DNA from: Mobula hypostoma
Taxonomy: Eukaryota
NCBI RefSeq assembly: GCF_963921235.1
Contig: NC_086098.1
Coordinates: forward strand, 2,232,001 to 2,296,000
Length of the DNA stretch: 64,000 nt
Direction: 5' to 3'
Positions 61,187-64,000 of the stretch are shown here, in pieces. Both the position numbers and the translations under genes were made by a program. Numbering within the stretch: position 1 is the stretch's first letter; each line of letters opens with the position of its first letter. The notes beneath the pieces are model-generated. The model saw only the letters and a program-made list of their open reading frames with translations. It had not been told where the DNA came from and searched no databases.

Positions 61187-62746
61187 AACACACAGAATGC
61201 AGGAGGAACTCAGTAGGCTAGGCAACATCTCAGGAAAAAAGTACAGTCAATGTTTCAGGCCAAGATACTTCATCAGGTGGGGGCTATTACTGGAAGTTTG
61301 AGAAATCAATGTTCACGCCATCAGGTTGGAGGCTACCCAGGTGGAATATAAGATGCTGTTTCTCCAACCTGAGTGTGGCCTCATCACGACAGTAGAGGAG
61401 ACCATGGACTGACATGCCAGAATGGGAATGGGTTTTTGAGTTACAATGGGTGGCCACTGGGAGCTCTCATGTTCTCTGGTGGACGGATGTAGGTGGTCTC
61501 CCAATTTACGTCAGGTCTCACCTATTTACAGGAGGCCACACCGGGTGCACCAGATACAGTAGATGACCCCGACAGACTCACAGAAGTATCACCCCACCTG
61601 GAAGGACTGTTTGGGGCCCTGAATGGTAGAGGGAGGAGGTGTAGTCAGGTGTAGCACTTGTTCCGCTTGCAAAGATAAGTGCCAAGAGGAAGAACAGTGG
61701 GGAGGGATGAATGGACAAGGGAGTTGCATAGGGAGCAATCCCTGCTGAAAGCAGGAAGTGGGGGGAGGGAAAGAATGCTTGTTGGTGGGATCCCGTAGGA
61801 GATGGTGGAAGTTACGGAGAACTATGTGTTGGATGTGAAGGCTGGTGAGGACAAGAGGAACCCTATCCCTGGTAGCATGGCAGGAGGATGAAGTGAGGGC
61901 AGACATGCACGAAATGGAAGCGATGCAGCTGAGGGCAGCATTGATAGTGGAGGAAGGAAAGACTCTTTCTTTGATGAAGGAGAACATATCCTTTGTTCTG
62001 GAATGAAAAGCCTCTTCCTGAGAGCAGACGTGGCAGAGATGGAGGAATTGAGAGAAGGGGATGGCATTTTTACAAGTAACAGGGTAGGAAGAGGTATAGT
62101 CCAAGTATCTGTGAGAGTCTGTGGGTTTATAATAGATATCAGTAGATAAGCTGTCTCCAGAGACAGAGACAGAGAGAATCAAGAGGAGGGAGTTTTTAGA
62201 AATGGACCATAAATTTGAGGCAAAGTTGATGAAGTCAACGAGTTCCACATGGGTACAGGAAGCAACACCAATGTGGTCATTGATGTAGCATAGGAAAAGT
62301 GGAGGAGTGACATCAGTGTAAGATTAGAACATAGACTGTTCCAGGCAAAATGGCAGGCATAGCTGGGACCCATGCAAGCACCCATGGCTACTCCTTTTGT
62401 TTGAAGCAAGTGGGAGAAGCTGAAGGAGAAATTATTGAGAGTGAGGACAAGCTCCACCAGGTGGAGAAGAGTGGTGGTGGAGGGCTACTGGCTGCGTCTG
62501 GTGTCCAAAAAGAAACAGAGAGCTTTGAGGCCTTCCTGGCGGGGGATGGAGGGGTATAGGGACTGGACATCCATGATGCTCAGGGCCAGAGAACTTGAAA
62601 TCATTGTGTTGCTTCCTCTCCTCCACCCCCACCTTCTTACGTTGACTCCTCATCTTTTTTTCTCCAGTCCTGCTGAAGGGTCGCGGCCCAAAACTTGACT
62701 GTACTCTTTTCCGTAGATGCTGCCTGGCCTGCTGAGTTCCTCCAGC
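61187..62746 (-). mobile_element. Penelope-like element (Neptune-type), 5' truncated, with inverted pLTR
   Basis: ELVLTLNNFSF..QTKGVAMGACMGPSYA and STDIYYKPTDSHRYLDYTSSYP (PLE RT); pLTR end (-) 61187-61277 and inverted pLTR (+) 62604-62746. Confidence 0.9.
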
Positions 62747-63196
62747 AAAGAGTTGACATCTTATACACACTGAACACATTGGCTAAAGACTAGAATCAGG
62801 AAGGCATCAGAAATGCTTTTGGTTAAATAGTGCAGCAAAAAGACCTAGTGTTACTTAAGCTACCTTTTTCAGACTTTTTATGGGCTTGTCAATGTTGATT
62901 TCTGGTCTATTGCGGGTGATTCCAACATGGAATACAGTTTACCTGACTTAACACACCAAACACATTTTTAATCATCCTGCGTCAGTATAACATCAGTCTG
63001 CATCAGTATATATTTTAAACAAATAATTTTAAATAATGTGTAATCAACTGGGAAACCAGATGCCAAAGTGCATATATATCGTGAGGGTTATCCCACATCA
63101 GCGATTATACAAGCATTCACTTTTGTCATGTGACAGAATTCTTATTCCTGGGTTATAATGTGCAAATACGACTATGATGGAAATAAAGGAAGCTAT

Positions 63197-63488
63197 ACAT
63201 GTAGTAGCCACTTAATTAAATACCTCCTGTTTCTAATAAAGTGGCCACTGAGTGTATGTTCATTGTCTCCAGCTGCTGTAGCCCATCCGCTTCAAGATTC
63301 AGCATATTGTGCATTCAGAGATACTCTCCTGCACACCTCTGTGTGGCTATTTGAGTTACCGCTGCCTTCCTGTCAGTTTGAACCATTCTGGCCATTCTCA
63401 TCTGACCACTCTCATTAACAAGGTATTTTTGCCCACAAAACTGCTGCTCACTGAATGTGTTTTGTTTTTCACACCATTCTCTGTAAAT
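63197..63488 (-). mobile_element. Tc1-like remnant, second copy
   Basis: Colinear with 2315-2615 (CTAATAAAGTGGCCACTGAGTGTATGTTC); YREWCEKQNTFSEQQFCGQKYLVNESGQMRMARMVQ. Confidence 0.8.
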
Positions 63489-63619
63489 TAGCTCATCGAG
63501 TCTGCTCCGCCATTTCACCATGGCTGATCCAATTTTCCGCTCAGCCTCAATCTCCTTCCTTTTCCCCATATCCTTTCATGCCCTGACCATGCAAGAATCT
63601 ATCAACTTCTGCCTACAAT

Positions 63620-63962
63620 TATCTGGAATGCAGTCATCGAAAGCATTGTATGATGGCAGTCCATTATCTGCACCAAGTGCTTGCACTAATTTTGTTCAGT
63701 CAAAAAAAAAACCTGTCAGTGTACACTGGATGAATTCCTCCATCGCCAGATATTAAGAACTGATGCACAGTTTGATTCTACTGTGGAGGAATTACTAGTA
63801 TTCTAGTTTGTTATGTATAATTTGTTACTCAGTTAAATGGTAGTTTGTCTTTTATTTAATGCTTTTTTGATGATGTCTATGAAATTTCAGCTAATTGGGG
63901 CATCCGCTTAGTTGTGCCAAAATGTACTGGTTCCGAGGTGTCCCAATTAACCGGAATCCTCT
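63620..63962. mobile_element. Possible pogo/Tigger-like DNA transposon end
   Basis: Ends GTGTCCCAATTAACCGGAATCCTCT, resembling Tigger-type TIRs; partner TIR not found. Confidence 0.4.
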
Positions 63963-64000
63963 TTATTGGACATACGTATTGTAAAATAAATAAATCCTTA

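Overview
Eukaryotic (vertebrate) intronic or intergenic DNA. The repeat complement suggests a cartilaginous fish, probably a ray; this is inferred, not verified. No host protein-coding gene, rRNA, true tRNA or CRISPR array can be supported. Nearly all long ORFs are transposable-element remnants: many nested CR1 LINEs (one near full length with a zinc-finger/leucine-zipper/esterase ORF1), Neptune-type Penelope-like elements and their short pseudo-LTRs (pLTRs), Rex1/Babar LINE 3' ends, an RTE LINE and RTE-derived non-autonomous elements, V-SINEs, a tRNA/CORE-like SINE, Tc1 remnants, and four solo LTRs with 4-bp target-site duplications (TSDs). A 34-unit 42-bp minisatellite lies at 9292-10710. 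Four signals stand out. (1) Penelope pLTRs carry minimal type-I hammerhead ribozyme motifs, with one near-intact copy at 14894-14931 (-) and two copies sharing a CUGCUGA core. (2) Two CR1 + pLTR head-to-head composites each sit in a single host site, possibly from dual-template insertion. (3) The minisatellite appears to have arisen inside a pLTR. (4) A CR1-into-CR1 insertion creates an in-frame 534-aa fusion ORF. Boundaries were read by eye and are approximate unless a TSD is quoted; family names come from motif recognition, not database searches.
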